Virus record (IMG/VR): IMGVR_UViG_3300033067_000622
Coordinates: 1-30,748 of that record
Source: a virus
Taxonomy: Duplodnaviria; Caudoviricetes
Length of the DNA stretch: 30,748 bases
Reading direction: 5' to 3' (one strand)
The first letter of the stretch is position 1. Every line of letters begins with the position of its first letter. A program made the position numbers and the translations under genes. A model generated the notes under the pieces. That model did no database searches and had not been told where the DNA came from. It worked only from the letters and a program-made list of their open reading frames with translations. This document shows, piece by piece, positions 1-7,560 of the stretch.

Positions 1-218
1 TGCATGCTGCCAAACGTCATCTGGTAATAGAGCGACTGCGCGTTGTGTGGGTAGTCATCCCTGTGCTCGATGCCGCAAATCTTGCAGCGGCCCTCCAGCG
101 GCGGGAGGATGTTCCAGGCCATGCCTTCGACCGTCTCCTCTCCAGTAGTGACATCGACCTTTGTGACGGTGCTGGGTATCTTCGTGAGCGCTATTGGTGC
201 GCGCTTTTTGATCGTCAT
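1..218 (-). CDS. Phage hypothetical protein with CxxC/His motif (partial, runs off left end)
   Basis: Manual translation, not in ORF track: MTIKKRAPIALTKIPSTVTKVDVTTGEETVEGMAWNILPPLEGRCKICGIEHRDDYPHNAQSLYYQMTFGSM...; ATG at 218 preceded by GAGGA; frame open to the window edge. Confidence 0.75.
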   Translation of the reverse strand, partial: MTIKKRAPIALTKIPSTVTKVDVTTGEETVEGMAWNILPPLEGRCKICGIEHRDDYPHNAQSLYYQMTFGSM

Positions 219-235
219 TTCATCCTCTTGTGTGC

Positions 236-309
236 TGGTTCCGGGGCTAGGACTCGAACCTAGATAGGCAGACCCAAAATCTGCTGTCCTCCCATTAGAC
301 GACCCCGGA
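236..309 (-). tRNA. tRNA-Gln (anticodon UUG) with encoded CCA
   Basis: Reverse complement folds as a cloverleaf: acceptor TCCGGGG/CCCCGGA, D arm GTCTAATGGGAGGAC, anticodon stem GCAGA/TCTGC with loop TTTTGGG, T arm CTAGG-TTCGAGT-CCTAG, 3' ACCA. Confidence 0.96.
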
Positions 310-323
310 AAACTAGAATCACG

Positions 324-647
324 TTACGCTAAAGGCGTCTCCCTCGACAATGGAGCGACGCCATGATGCACGCTGCGACAACCGCCCCGCACATCTACAG
401 TCATACACTGCTCGCCCTCCTCAACCGCTCCCATCGCTTGCTGTTTCCGAACGGATAGGGTGGGCTCACGCGTCAGATACCCACCCCCACCACGACGCAC
501 ATATGAGAGCACGGAGAGCCGGGTGCATTGTCCCGGCTCTATTTTTTGAACAGGATCGCTGACAACTCTTTCAAGGCGTGCACCATGACGCTCGCCCCAA
601 TGACATACAACGTGAGCCCCACGACGAAAGCCCACAGCGGCTTCCAC
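324..647 (-). CDS. Hypothetical protein (107 aa)
   Basis: GTG start after AAGGAAG, 5 nt downstream of the previous stop; fills the gap to the tRNA; no recognisable motif. Confidence 0.5.
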   Translation of the reverse strand: MEAAVGFRRGAHVVCHWGERHGARLERVVSDPVQKIEPGQCTRLSVLSYVRRGGGGYLTREPTLSVRKQQAMGAVEEGEQCMTVDVRGGCRSVHHGVAPLSRETPLA

Positions 648-652
648 CTTCC

Positions 653-889
653 TTACTTCCTTCTCCCGTAATCCATCATGAAGTCATGAGCCCAAGTCTG
701 GGTGTAGAAGCAGTCGGGGCAAACCCAGCCGTCCTTTGTGGCTATCAGCAAGCCCAGCTGATTGTGTGTCTCGCGATGGGGGCCGTCTCCACGGTTCGGA
801 CACGTGAATGGGTGGAATATCGCATCCTTCTGGTACTCGTTGAGACTGTCCACCTCAGCCTCCGTCCATGGCGCTTTACGTTTTGGCAT
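653..889 (-). CDS. Small phage hypothetical, putative Zn-binding (HPFTC...WVCPDC...QTWAH)
   Basis: 78 aa, GAGGG SD, overlaps upstream gene end, Cys/His pattern typical of small phage proteins. Confidence 0.8.
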   Translation of the reverse strand: MPKRKAPWTEAEVDSLNEYQKDAIFHPFTCPNRGDGPHRETHNQLGLLIATKDGWVCPDCFYTQTWAHDFMMDYGRRK

Positions 890-1289
890 GCTGGCCCTCG
901 CGCGTCCCGGCCTTGGCTTTCGCCTTCACTTCCCGATCTTTGCGGCAGTCTGGGCACCCACACACTGAGAATGCCACGTCCATCTTCTGGACTATCTCAA
1001 TGCATTCCTTGGAGGGCAACAGACCGGCCTCCTGGATTTCCTTCGTCACGTCGTCGAAGGCGTCGCGCCCGCACTTTTCATGAAGTTCGGACGCAAAAAC
1101 GCGCTCGCGCGCCGCTGATTTGCAGAGTTCCGTCGTCAGAAACCGCGTGCCCTTTTTGTAGACCTTCAGTTCGTTCAGGGCGTGCATCAGCCACGCCATA
1201 ATACATATCGTCGTTGCGAACAGCAGCAGATGCGTGCCGTTTCCAACATCATGGCCAGACAGCCATGCAGTGATTGCGCTTGTGTCCAT
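876..1289 (-). CDS. Hypothetical membrane protein with C-terminal CxCxxC
   Basis: Start reassigned to ATG 1289 (GGAGGGT SD, downstream of the leftward promoter); hydrophobic segment LLLFATTICIMAWLM; CGCPDC motif. Confidence 0.7.
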   Translation of the reverse strand: MDTSAITAWLSGHDVGNGTHLLLFATTICIMAWLMHALNELKVYKKGTRFLTTELCKSAARERVFASELHEKCGRDAFDDVTKEIQEAGLLPSKECIEIVQKMDVAFSVCGCPDCRKDREVKAKAKAGTREGQHAKT

Positions 1290-1316
1290 AATCACCCTCC
1301 CAGAGTTGAGGCGGAA

Positions 1317-1345
1317 AGCATAGGCGCCAGCGCGCCGCCAGTCAA
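1317..1345 (-). promoter_or_regulatory. Leftward sigma70-type promoter
   Basis: Minus strand TTGACT (1345-1340), 17 nt spacer, TATGCT (1322-1317). Confidence 0.8.
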
Positions 1346-1399
1346 TCAAAGATGTACTGCTGTCCATAAATAAAATGCATGCGTAGAGTAAAGATGTGC

Positions 1400-1428
1400 T
1401 TGACTGCTTATGGAAGGGTGTCTATAGT
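1400..1428 (+). promoter_or_regulatory. Rightward sigma70-type promoter
   Basis: TTGACT (1400-1405), 17 nt spacer, TATAGT (1423-1428); also reads CTTGAC-N17-CTATAG, close to the rhizobial RpoD consensus CTTGAC-N17-CTATAT. Confidence 0.85.
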
Positions 1429-1460
1429 CATGCTCATCAACACAGCGCGAGGCGCACATC

Positions 1461-1832
1461 ATGGCACATGCAGAAACCAAGCACGAGAACGCCGAAGTTG
1501 GCCACACGCGCGCAGAGTTCGAGGCGCGGTTCGCGCCCTTCATGGACGCCCTGACAGCATTCATTAACGAATGCGACAAGGAGTTCCTTGAAAGGTTCGG
1601 CAAGGTGTATCGCACCGTGAGTTATGAGCGCGGCATCAAGTTCATCCGCATCGTCATTACGCATCCAGACAGCGGCCAGCGCTCTGTCTACTGCTTCCTG
1701 GATTACCAGGGCAACATCTACAAATCCGCGTCCTGGCGCGCACCTGCCAAGCATATCCGTGGCTCGATCTTTGAGGACAATTTCTCAATTGGTCGCGCGC
1801 TCGGCCCCTACGGCGCAGCGTACCTGAGGTGA
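1461..1832 (+). CDS. Conserved phage early hypothetical protein (GNIYKSASWRAPAKHIRGSI motif)
   Basis: First gene after the rightward promoter, GAGG SD; motif recalled from a widespread phage hypothetical family. Confidence 0.85.
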   Translation: MAHAETKHENAEVGHTRAEFEARFAPFMDALTAFINECDKEFLERFGKVYRTVSYERGIKFIRIVITHPDSGQRSVYCFLDYQGNIYKSASWRAPAKHIRGSIFEDNFSIGRALGPYGAAYLR

Positions 1833-1835
1833 GCC

Positions 1836-2084
1836 ATGGCCGGGCGCAAACGCATCGCACACGGTAAGCGCGACACTCCAGTGTATCTCTATGAGGGCAT
1901 CGCTCCAGACCTGTCCATCCTCCACATGCACACAGGGCGCGTGGACAGTATCGAGGCCTATATGCTCATCAGCTGTTTCAGGGGTGGCCCTTGGTATCCA
2001 GACATGGTGAGCGCCACAGAGTTGGGCGTCGAGGATGCTGGCGGGTTCAAGTTCAGATGCATCAAGTGCAGGAGGGTAAAGTGA
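1836..2084 (+). CDS. Hypothetical protein (82 aa)
   Basis: GAGGTG SD; tightly packed between neighbours. Confidence 0.65.
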   Translation: MAGRKRIAHGKRDTPVYLYEGIAPDLSILHMHTGRVDSIEAYMLISCFRGGPWYPDMVSATELGVEDAGGFKFRCIKCRRVK

Positions 2085-2302
2085 CACTTAACGACGCTAT
2101 CGACATCACGATCATCACCCTATCCATGTGTCTCCCATTCGCTCTCGCGATGCTGGCGGCATGTGGGTTCGGCCTCATCACAGGCCTCTGGGCAACAGCA
2201 TCCACGCTGGCGCTCGCAGTCGGGGTTATTTCTGGCTGCGTCTACGACGAGGTGCGCCGGGCGCACATGAACAGGCATTTCAAAGGGGAGTCTCAGTCAT
2301 GA
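2081..2302 (+). CDS. Small membrane protein (two predicted TM helices)
   Basis: GTG start overlapping the previous stop (GTGA), GGAGGG SD; long hydrophobic run; ATGA overlap with the next gene. Confidence 0.7.
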   Translation: MTLNDAIDITIITLSMCLPFALAMLAACGFGLITGLWATASTLALAVGVISGCVYDEVRRAHMNRHFKGESQS

Positions 2303-3087
2303 GCGACGACACGGACGACAAAATCGAGATGGACATGAGGACGTACCGCATCCTCAAGAGGCTGACGATGGATGGGCGGCGCTGCGGGGCAACAAGTGCC
2401 CTGATGGTTGGCGGGTTTCTGAGCATCAAGCCGTCGCAGCTGCTGTCAGAAATCGTCAAGGGCGGCGATATGGCGGATGAATACGACATGGGGTTCGCCG
2501 TCGAGCTTAAAGCCATCCATGACGGCAAGAAAGAAGCTGCGCCGCTCTCGCCTCAGCTGAAGCAGTTTTTGGACAACCCGGAGGGCTTCGGCCCCAAGGC
2601 AGAGGAAAAGAGCGTCAATGCCAGAGATGCCGCCAGCCTCAATGCTGCGGTAAATGGTGTGAACGGGCGTTATGTGATGGCGCGCGCCCTGGACCCTGAG
2701 GGGGCTAAGCTCCTTCCAAAATCCCGCGTCCTCCGTGTTTCGTTCGACATCAGCATCCCCCTCGATGGCGTGACGGAGAGTGAGGCGCAGGAGTGGGCGG
2801 CTGCGCATATCTCTGGCGCCAACTGCCAGCCTGGGAACAAGCTGAATGGCGAGCGCTTTATCCCTATATCGCCGCCCATGGTGCTCGACAGCGGCCTCTA
2901 TGCCAAAACCAAAATCACGGATTTCGGCGGCATGGCACGTATCGAAGTCGAGATGGGAGACGAGCCTGACGATGGCCCGTCCCTGTGGCAGAAAATGCGC
3001 GATTGCATGACCAGCAACGGCATCGACCCTGAAGAGCATGCATTCCGCATCGCCAATGATGGCGAGGTGAAGCGGCGCATGAACTAG
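2299..3087 (+). CDS. Hypothetical protein (262 aa)
   Basis: Start reassigned to ATG 2299 (GGGGAG SD, ATGA overlap); codon pattern like neighbouring genes. Confidence 0.8.
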   Translation: MSDDTDDKIEMDMRTYRILKRLTMDGRRCGATSALMVGGFLSIKPSQLLSEIVKGGDMADEYDMGFAVELKAIHDGKKEAAPLSPQLKQFLDNPEGFGPKAEEKSVNARDAASLNAAVNGVNGRYVMARALDPEGAKLLPKSRVLRVSFDISIPLDGVTESEAQEWAAAHISGANCQPGNKLNGERFIPISPPMVLDSGLYAKTKITDFGGMARIEVEMGDEPDDGPSLWQKMRDCMTSNGIDPEEHAFRIANDGEVKRRMN

Positions 3088-3135
3088 CACGGCACGTAAA
3101 TTTCTGTGAGCGTAACCTGAGAGGAAGGCAAGGCT

Positions 3136-3243
3136 ATGGACTACGATATTGACTACGACGAAACGTCTGGCGATGATGAAGACTACGAGGCTGAGGATGC
3201 GCGCGATATCGTCCGCATCTGTGCAGGCGTCATCATCCATTAG
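3136..3243 (+). CDS. Small highly acidic protein (35 aa)
   Basis: Below ORF-track cutoff; MDYDIDYDETSGDDEDYEAEDARDIVRICAGVIIH; GAGGA SD upstream, terminator-like hairpin downstream. Confidence 0.6.
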   Translation: MDYDIDYDETSGDDEDYEAEDARDIVRICAGVIIH

Positions 3244-3259
3244 TCACGGCGGCGGGGAC

Positions 3260-3291
3260 GCGGCGGGCGCAAATGCCCGCCGCTTTGCTTT
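3260..3291 (+). terminator. Rho-independent terminator-like hairpin
   Basis: GCGGCGGGC-gcaaat-GCCCGCCGC (9 bp) followed by TTTGCTTT. Confidence 0.7.
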
Positions 3292-3305
3292 ATTGGAGGA
3301 CAGCA

Positions 3306-3710
3306 ATGCACACAACAGATGCTTACGGCGAAGTTACCAACAGCGACGAAACATATGAGGCCATCGCAAAGGCGCTGGGATACGCTGGAAGCTGCGTCAT
3401 CGGCTGGACGGATGAGCGAAGCACGCATTACGACATTCTGTTCGCCTGCAATGTGCCGCAATTCGGAAATCTCCAGGGCGGGCAGCGTGGGCCAACATCG
3501 CTGTTTGTCTGTATCCTGCGGCGCTCTGGCGGGTTCGGGTTCTCGCTGATCCGCGACAGCAGCGAGCCAATCTATGCGTCCTATGTATCCGAGAAGCTGG
3601 GGCTCGATCCGAAATCTGTGACGACTGAAAAAATCACAGACCTAATCAACGGCGTCCTCGACCACACCAAGAAGCACGCAGATGAGGAATTCAGGCGCGG
3701 CCACAAGTAG
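3306..3710 (+). CDS. Hypothetical protein (134 aa)
   Basis: Start reassigned to ATG 3306 after GGAGGA SD; globular alpha/beta-like composition. Confidence 0.8.
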   Translation: MHTTDAYGEVTNSDETYEAIAKALGYAGSCVIGWTDERSTHYDILFACNVPQFGNLQGGQRGPTSLFVCILRRSGGFGFSLIRDSSEPIYASYVSEKLGLDPKSVTTEKITDLINGVLDHTKKHADEEFRRGHK

Positions 3711-3723
3711 GCTTGCAGAATCA

Positions 3724-3802
3724 GATGGCGGGGGGTAGTCATCCCGCCATCCCACGGCGCTCAAGGCGCACCAGGGCTCACTGAAACACAGGAGCCCGCT
3801 GG
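3724..3802 (+). promoter_or_regulatory. Structured leader of the late operon (hairpins, SD-occluding stem)
   Basis: GATGGCGGG/CCCGCCATC (3724-3751); GGGCTC-A-CTG/CAG-GAGCCC (3774-3797) covering the AGGAG SD. Confidence 0.55.
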
Positions 3803-3805
3803 CAC

Positions 3806-4060
3806 ATGACCACTGCCACAGACGACATGATGACCGTTGTCATCAAAGAGATTGAGGCGCGCGTTGCGTCGTACATGACGACCCTGCTCAATGCAGACGC
3901 CTCCCGCCACGACAAGTTGTGCGGGCATATCATCGGCCTCAATGAGGCCGCCAGCATCATGCGTGAGCGCGCCAAGCTGCACCGCATGCGTGACATCGAT
4001 CCAGAAGATGACCCGCGCCCAGACCTGCGCCGCCCCCAGACCGTTCGGGGGTTCGCATGA
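3806..4060 (+). CDS. Small helical protein preceding GroES (KLCGHIIGLNEA motif)
   Basis: AGGAG SD; ATGA overlap with GroES; resembles the small gene recalled before GroES in related podophage head modules. Confidence 0.8.
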   Translation: MTTATDDMMTVVIKEIEARVASYMTTLLNADASRHDKLCGHIIGLNEAASIMRERAKLHRMRDIDPEDDPRPDLRRPQTVRGFA

Positions 4061-4500
4061 GCGGCTTGATTATTCCGGCAAAAGCCGAGGGCGGCAAAAT
4101 CCAGGACATGAACATCCTGGACGACCTCTGGATGGGGGAGCACGTCCCCCTTGAGGCGCTGCCTGAGCCAGAGCGCTTTAACGTCCTGATTAAGCAGGTA
4201 AATATCAAGAAAGTCACGGCCAAGGGCATCCTGATCCCAGAAACTGTGCAATCTGACCAGCAATGGTCTCATGGTATGGGCCTCGTCGTCAAAGTCGGGC
4301 CATCCGTCTTCAAGGGCTCCAAGTTCCTGGACGTCGGCTTGACGCCCGACATGGGCCCAGCCCCTGGCGACGTGTACTGGTTCCAGGCCCGCGCCCCCAT
4401 GCGCCTGTTCGTTGACGACGAGCTTTATATGCTGCTCTCGGACGATGGTCTGCTCGCCAAGTTCGACCGGCGCCAGCTGAGCCGCGTGAGGTTCACATGA
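4057..4500 (+). CDS. groES: GroES-like co-chaperonin (Cpn10 family)
   Basis: NVLIK...KKVTAKGILIPETV (mobile loop)...GLVVKVGPS...PGDVYWF...ELYMLLSDDGLLA matches the Cpn10 pattern. Confidence 0.88.
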   Translation: MSGLIIPAKAEGGKIQDMNILDDLWMGEHVPLEALPEPERFNVLIKQVNIKKVTAKGILIPETVQSDQQWSHGMGLVVKVGPSVFKGSKFLDVGLTPDMGPAPGDVYWFQARAPMRLFVDDELYMLLSDDGLLAKFDRRQLSRVRFT

Positions 4501-4802
4501 CGCAGGCCAGGACACAGACGCGCGTTAAGCCACGCTTTCGCAAGGAGATGGTCGAGAACTTCTCGGACTGGTCGCGCTGGATCGCGCCCGTGCGGCGCGG
4601 TCATCGCATCGCATGCTGCGATTGCGGATCGGTGCATGAATTGCAATTTCGAGTCGTTCTTCAGGACGGCAAAGAGCGCAAAGACGGCAGCTGGCGCTAT
4701 GACCCACGCTCTGTGACGGACGCGCGTGTGATTTATCGCGCTCGCAAATCAGTGCGCGCAACGCGCGATCTGCGCGCCAAAGGGAGGTTTACGCACAAAT
4801 GA
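4497..4802 (+). CDS. Phage hypothetical, putative Zn-binding (ACCDCGSVH)
   Basis: ATGA overlaps at both ends; basic protein with Cys/His cluster. Confidence 0.8.
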   Translation: MTQARTQTRVKPRFRKEMVENFSDWSRWIAPVRRGHRIACCDCGSVHELQFRVVLQDGKERKDGSWRYDPRSVTDARVIYRARKSVRATRDLRAKGRFTHK

Positions 4803-5101
4803 GCCAGGACACAAAAAACCCTGTAAATACGCTCATTCGCAGCGTTGTGGACACGCGCATCGTGTGGGACACGGGCACCGTGAAATGGTTCGATCCCGTG
4901 CGCCGCTTTGGCTTCATCATTCCTGATGAGCCGGGCCCTGATGTATTTCTCCCCTGGACAGTCCTACAGGAGTGTGCCATACGCGAGCGAGATGCACGTC
5001 CTGGAATCGCGGTGCGGTTTCGCTGGGTTCCTCCCGATCACACAGGACATCGCCCGCAGGTGACGCATCTGATCTTGGTGAAGCCGCCCGCGCGCAAATA
5101 A
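4799..5101 (+). CDS. Cold-shock domain (CSD) protein
   Basis: TGTVKWFDPVRRFGFIIPDEPGPDVFLPW contains RNP1 (RFGFI) and a variant RNP2 (VFLPW); GGGAGG SD. Confidence 0.9.
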   Translation: MSQDTKNPVNTLIRSVVDTRIVWDTGTVKWFDPVRRFGFIIPDEPGPDVFLPWTVLQECAIRERDARPGIAVRFRWVPPDHTGHRPQVTHLILVKPPARK

Positions 5102-5209
5102 GCGCTGGCTTCGCCAAACGAGCGACGGCGACGCTCTCCTCCTCCTCCGTTTTCCGATTCATTCTGTTGCAAAACCACGCGCGAGCAATCCCGCTCGCAC
5201 GGCGCATGG

Positions 5210-6301
5210 ATGAATCGCACCATGAACATCAATCGCGACGGGGGCCTTGGCTCCCAAGACACAGGCGGGGATGACGATCTTCTCCCGCTTCCGTCAGACG
5301 ACGATATCGAAGTCTCGTTTGTTGACGAGCCCCAGCCAGCCGCACAGCAGGAAGCACGGCGCGGCCAGAACGAAGACGACGCTGAGCCATCCGAGTATAC
5401 GGGCGATCCCGATCTCGCTGATATTGAAAACCCCAAAATTCGCGACCGCATCATGCGGGAACGCCGCCTCAAGATGGACGAGGTGCGCCGCTCGCAGGCC
5501 GAGGCGGAGCGCTATGAAGAGGCGCTGAAGGCCTCTGAGAAGCAGAAGCTCTCCATCCAGCACGATGCATTCAAGCTTTCCCTCGACGGCGTGGATGTCC
5601 GCATCCGCACCGCAACAGAGGCCTTGAAGTATGCGCGTCAGGAGGGCGATGAGTCTTCGGCCATCGATATCGATGCGCAGATTGCAGAGCTTCGCTCACT
5701 GCGCGAGAGCATCAAAGGACAGATCGAACGCCTCCCGTCTGAGAGCGACATCGACCGGGCCTTCGAGGAAGCCGCCGCACGGCGCCGCGCTCAGTCGCGC
5801 GCTGCCTCCCCATCCAAGGACAATGTTCGCCCGCTGAACGACAAGGCTGGCCGCTGGCAGGCGCAAAACTCCTGGATGCTCGACCCATCGCGCGCTGCTG
5901 AGACAGCGGCTCTGATGGCGATCAATAACCAGCTTGTGAATGAAGGCCTTGACGCCAACAACGACGACTTTTTCGTCGAGCTTTCGCGGCGCATGGCAAA
6001 GACGTTCCCGTCACTCCCCATCAAGGACCTTTCTGGCCGCCAGTTGACGGCGGCTCCCACGCGCCAAGCGTCGCCACAGGCCGCACAGCAGCGGCGCCCC
6101 GCTGGCCCAGCCCCCGTGGCTGGCGCGCGCTCGACGGCGCCCGCACAGACACGTGGCCCTGGAGCGAAACGTGTCGATCTTGATCGCTCTGACAGGGCCA
6201 TGATGCGCTCGCTTGGCATTGATCCCACCAACGATAAGCACGTCAAATACTACGCCAAGCAGAAGCTTGAGCGTTTGCGCTCTGAAGCCGGGAGGGCTTA
6301 A
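5210..6301 (+). CDS. Capsid scaffolding protein (probable)
   Basis: Acidic N-terminus, long coiled coil, W..N.W motif, Ala/Pro linker, C-terminal LDRSDRAMMRSLGI..YYAKQK helix; sits before the capsid genes. Start could be 5222; no clear SD. Confidence 0.8.
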   Translation: MNRTMNINRDGGLGSQDTGGDDDLLPLPSDDDIEVSFVDEPQPAAQQEARRGQNEDDAEPSEYTGDPDLADIENPKIRDRIMRERRLKMDEVRRSQAEAERYEEALKASEKQKLSIQHDAFKLSLDGVDVRIRTATEALKYARQEGDESSAIDIDAQIAELRSLRESIKGQIERLPSESDIDRAFEEAAARRRAQSRAASPSKDNVRPLNDKAGRWQAQNSWMLDPSRAAETAALMAINNQLVNEGLDANNDDFFVELSRRMAKTFPSLPIKDLSGRQLTAAPTRQASPQAAQQRRPAGPAPVAGARSTAPAQTRGPGAKRVDLDRSDRAMMRSLGIDPTNDKHVKYYAKQKLERLRSEAGRA

Positions 6302-6304
6302 CAC

Positions 6305-6925
6305 ATGCCGCGCATTACAGACCAAGTGGCCCAGGCCTCTGCCGCCACCAATACAGTTTCCGGCCCTACCATCACCAGGGATGCACGTGACCTCGACACC
6401 GCCGACAGGCTGAGAGAAGGCCATATGCGTCTCTCGATGCATGATACGCGTGAAAGCGAGGCAGATATCCGCAATACGCCGCGCGCGACGACGCAGGACT
6501 ACACATGGCGCCGCCCCATGAACCTGGACGCGCCTGAGCCTCGCCCTGGATACCGTCAGCGGTGGGTGCGCTCTGAATTCAGGTCCGAGAAAGACAACCT
6601 GAATTGGCAGGGCAAGGTGCGCGAGGGCTGGGTGCCACGCAAGCCGGAAACCGTGCCGGATCATGAGGCTTTCTTCGGCCAAAACTCACACATGGGCCAG
6701 GACGTCATTCGTGTTGGCGGCCTGATCCTGATGGAAATCCCAGAACAAAAACTGGCGTCCAAGCGCAGGGCTATTGATGAAGCCTCGCGGCGCCAGGAGC
6801 AATCTGTCTCGATGGAGACGGATAGAATCTCACGCGATGGTGTGCGTTCTGGTGCGCCCCCCATCGTGAGGGAAGACGAGGTGCGTGTCGCGACCGGACG
6901 CCGCCCGAACACTCTGGCCAACTAA
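6305..6925 (+). CDS. Conserved head-module protein (LDAPEPRPGYRQRWVR...EGWVP...GGLILMEIP)
   Basis: Motif recalled from the gene between scaffold and capsid in HTVC010P-like phages; GGAGGG SD. Confidence 0.85.
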   Translation: MPRITDQVAQASAATNTVSGPTITRDARDLDTADRLREGHMRLSMHDTRESEADIRNTPRATTQDYTWRRPMNLDAPEPRPGYRQRWVRSEFRSEKDNLNWQGKVREGWVPRKPETVPDHEAFFGQNSHMGQDVIRVGGLILMEIPEQKLASKRRAIDEASRRQEQSVSMETDRISRDGVRSGAPPIVREDEVRVATGRRPNTLAN

Positions 6926-6940
6926 TAGGAGATATGAGCA

Positions 6941-7534
6941 ATGGCCAATGCTGATCTGGCAAACGGCTTCCGCAATGCCCGCTCTGGGAATGGTGGAACG
7001 CCTGGGCGCCTCAATGAATACACGCTCGCAACAGCCTATGGCACGTCCATTGGCGATGGCGATATCGTCAAGCAACTGACAGATGGCACGATTGCGCTGG
7101 CGACAGCTGGCGATCAGTTCGTGGGCATCTTCAGGGGCGTGCGCTACACGGCCTCTGACGGCTCGACGGTGTTTCGCCGCAACTGGATTGCCTCGACGGC
7201 TGAAAAGTCTGGCACCACGATCTATGCCCTCGTGGATGATGATCCGGGCGCCGAGTACGAAGCCATTTCGGACACCTCGACGACCCGCGCCTCGATTGGC
7301 CAGTTTGCCAATCTTGTCGCCTCGGCTGTGGATGCCAATGGCGGCTCGACGATGAGCGTTGTGCACGGCGGCTCTGAAACGCAGTTCCAGATCATCGATA
7401 TCATTCTTGGCAAGCCCGTGGTGAACGCCGCTGGCAACCAGGACGTCTCGACGACCGGAACATACGCCATCGTGCGCTTGCGCCCGATCCTGCATCAACG
7501 CGGCACGCCGCAGGCCGTTTTGGCTGAAGTTTAA
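6941..7534 (+). CDS. Capsid decoration/stabilising protein (probable)
   Basis: MANAD..NGFR start, IGDGDIV, VGIFRGVRY, VDDDP motifs; AGGAG SD; directly upstream of MCP. Confidence 0.78.
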   Translation: MANADLANGFRNARSGNGGTPGRLNEYTLATAYGTSIGDGDIVKQLTDGTIALATAGDQFVGIFRGVRYTASDGSTVFRRNWIASTAEKSGTTIYALVDDDPGAEYEAISDTSTTRASIGQFANLVASAVDANGGSTMSVVHGGSETQFQIIDIILGKPVVNAAGNQDVSTTGTYAIVRLRPILHQRGTPQAVLAEV

Positions 7535-7560
7535 TGTCTGGCTGAAGGAGATAAACAGCT

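Noticed and set aside
236-309. Suppressor tRNA / stop-codon recoding, or tRNA as prophage att site
   Set aside because: The anticodon is UUG, genes are intact in the standard code, phage-like genes flank both sides, and there is no integrase or duplicated tRNA 3' end in the window.
3090-3105. Sigma54-like promoter CGGCACGTAAATTTCT
   Set aside because: The near-invariant -12 GC is missing (TTTCT rather than TTGCT).
3109-3120. AGCGTAACSTGA shared with the region upstream of the tRNA
   Set aside because: Only two copies with one mismatch and no shared upstream element; compatible with chance.
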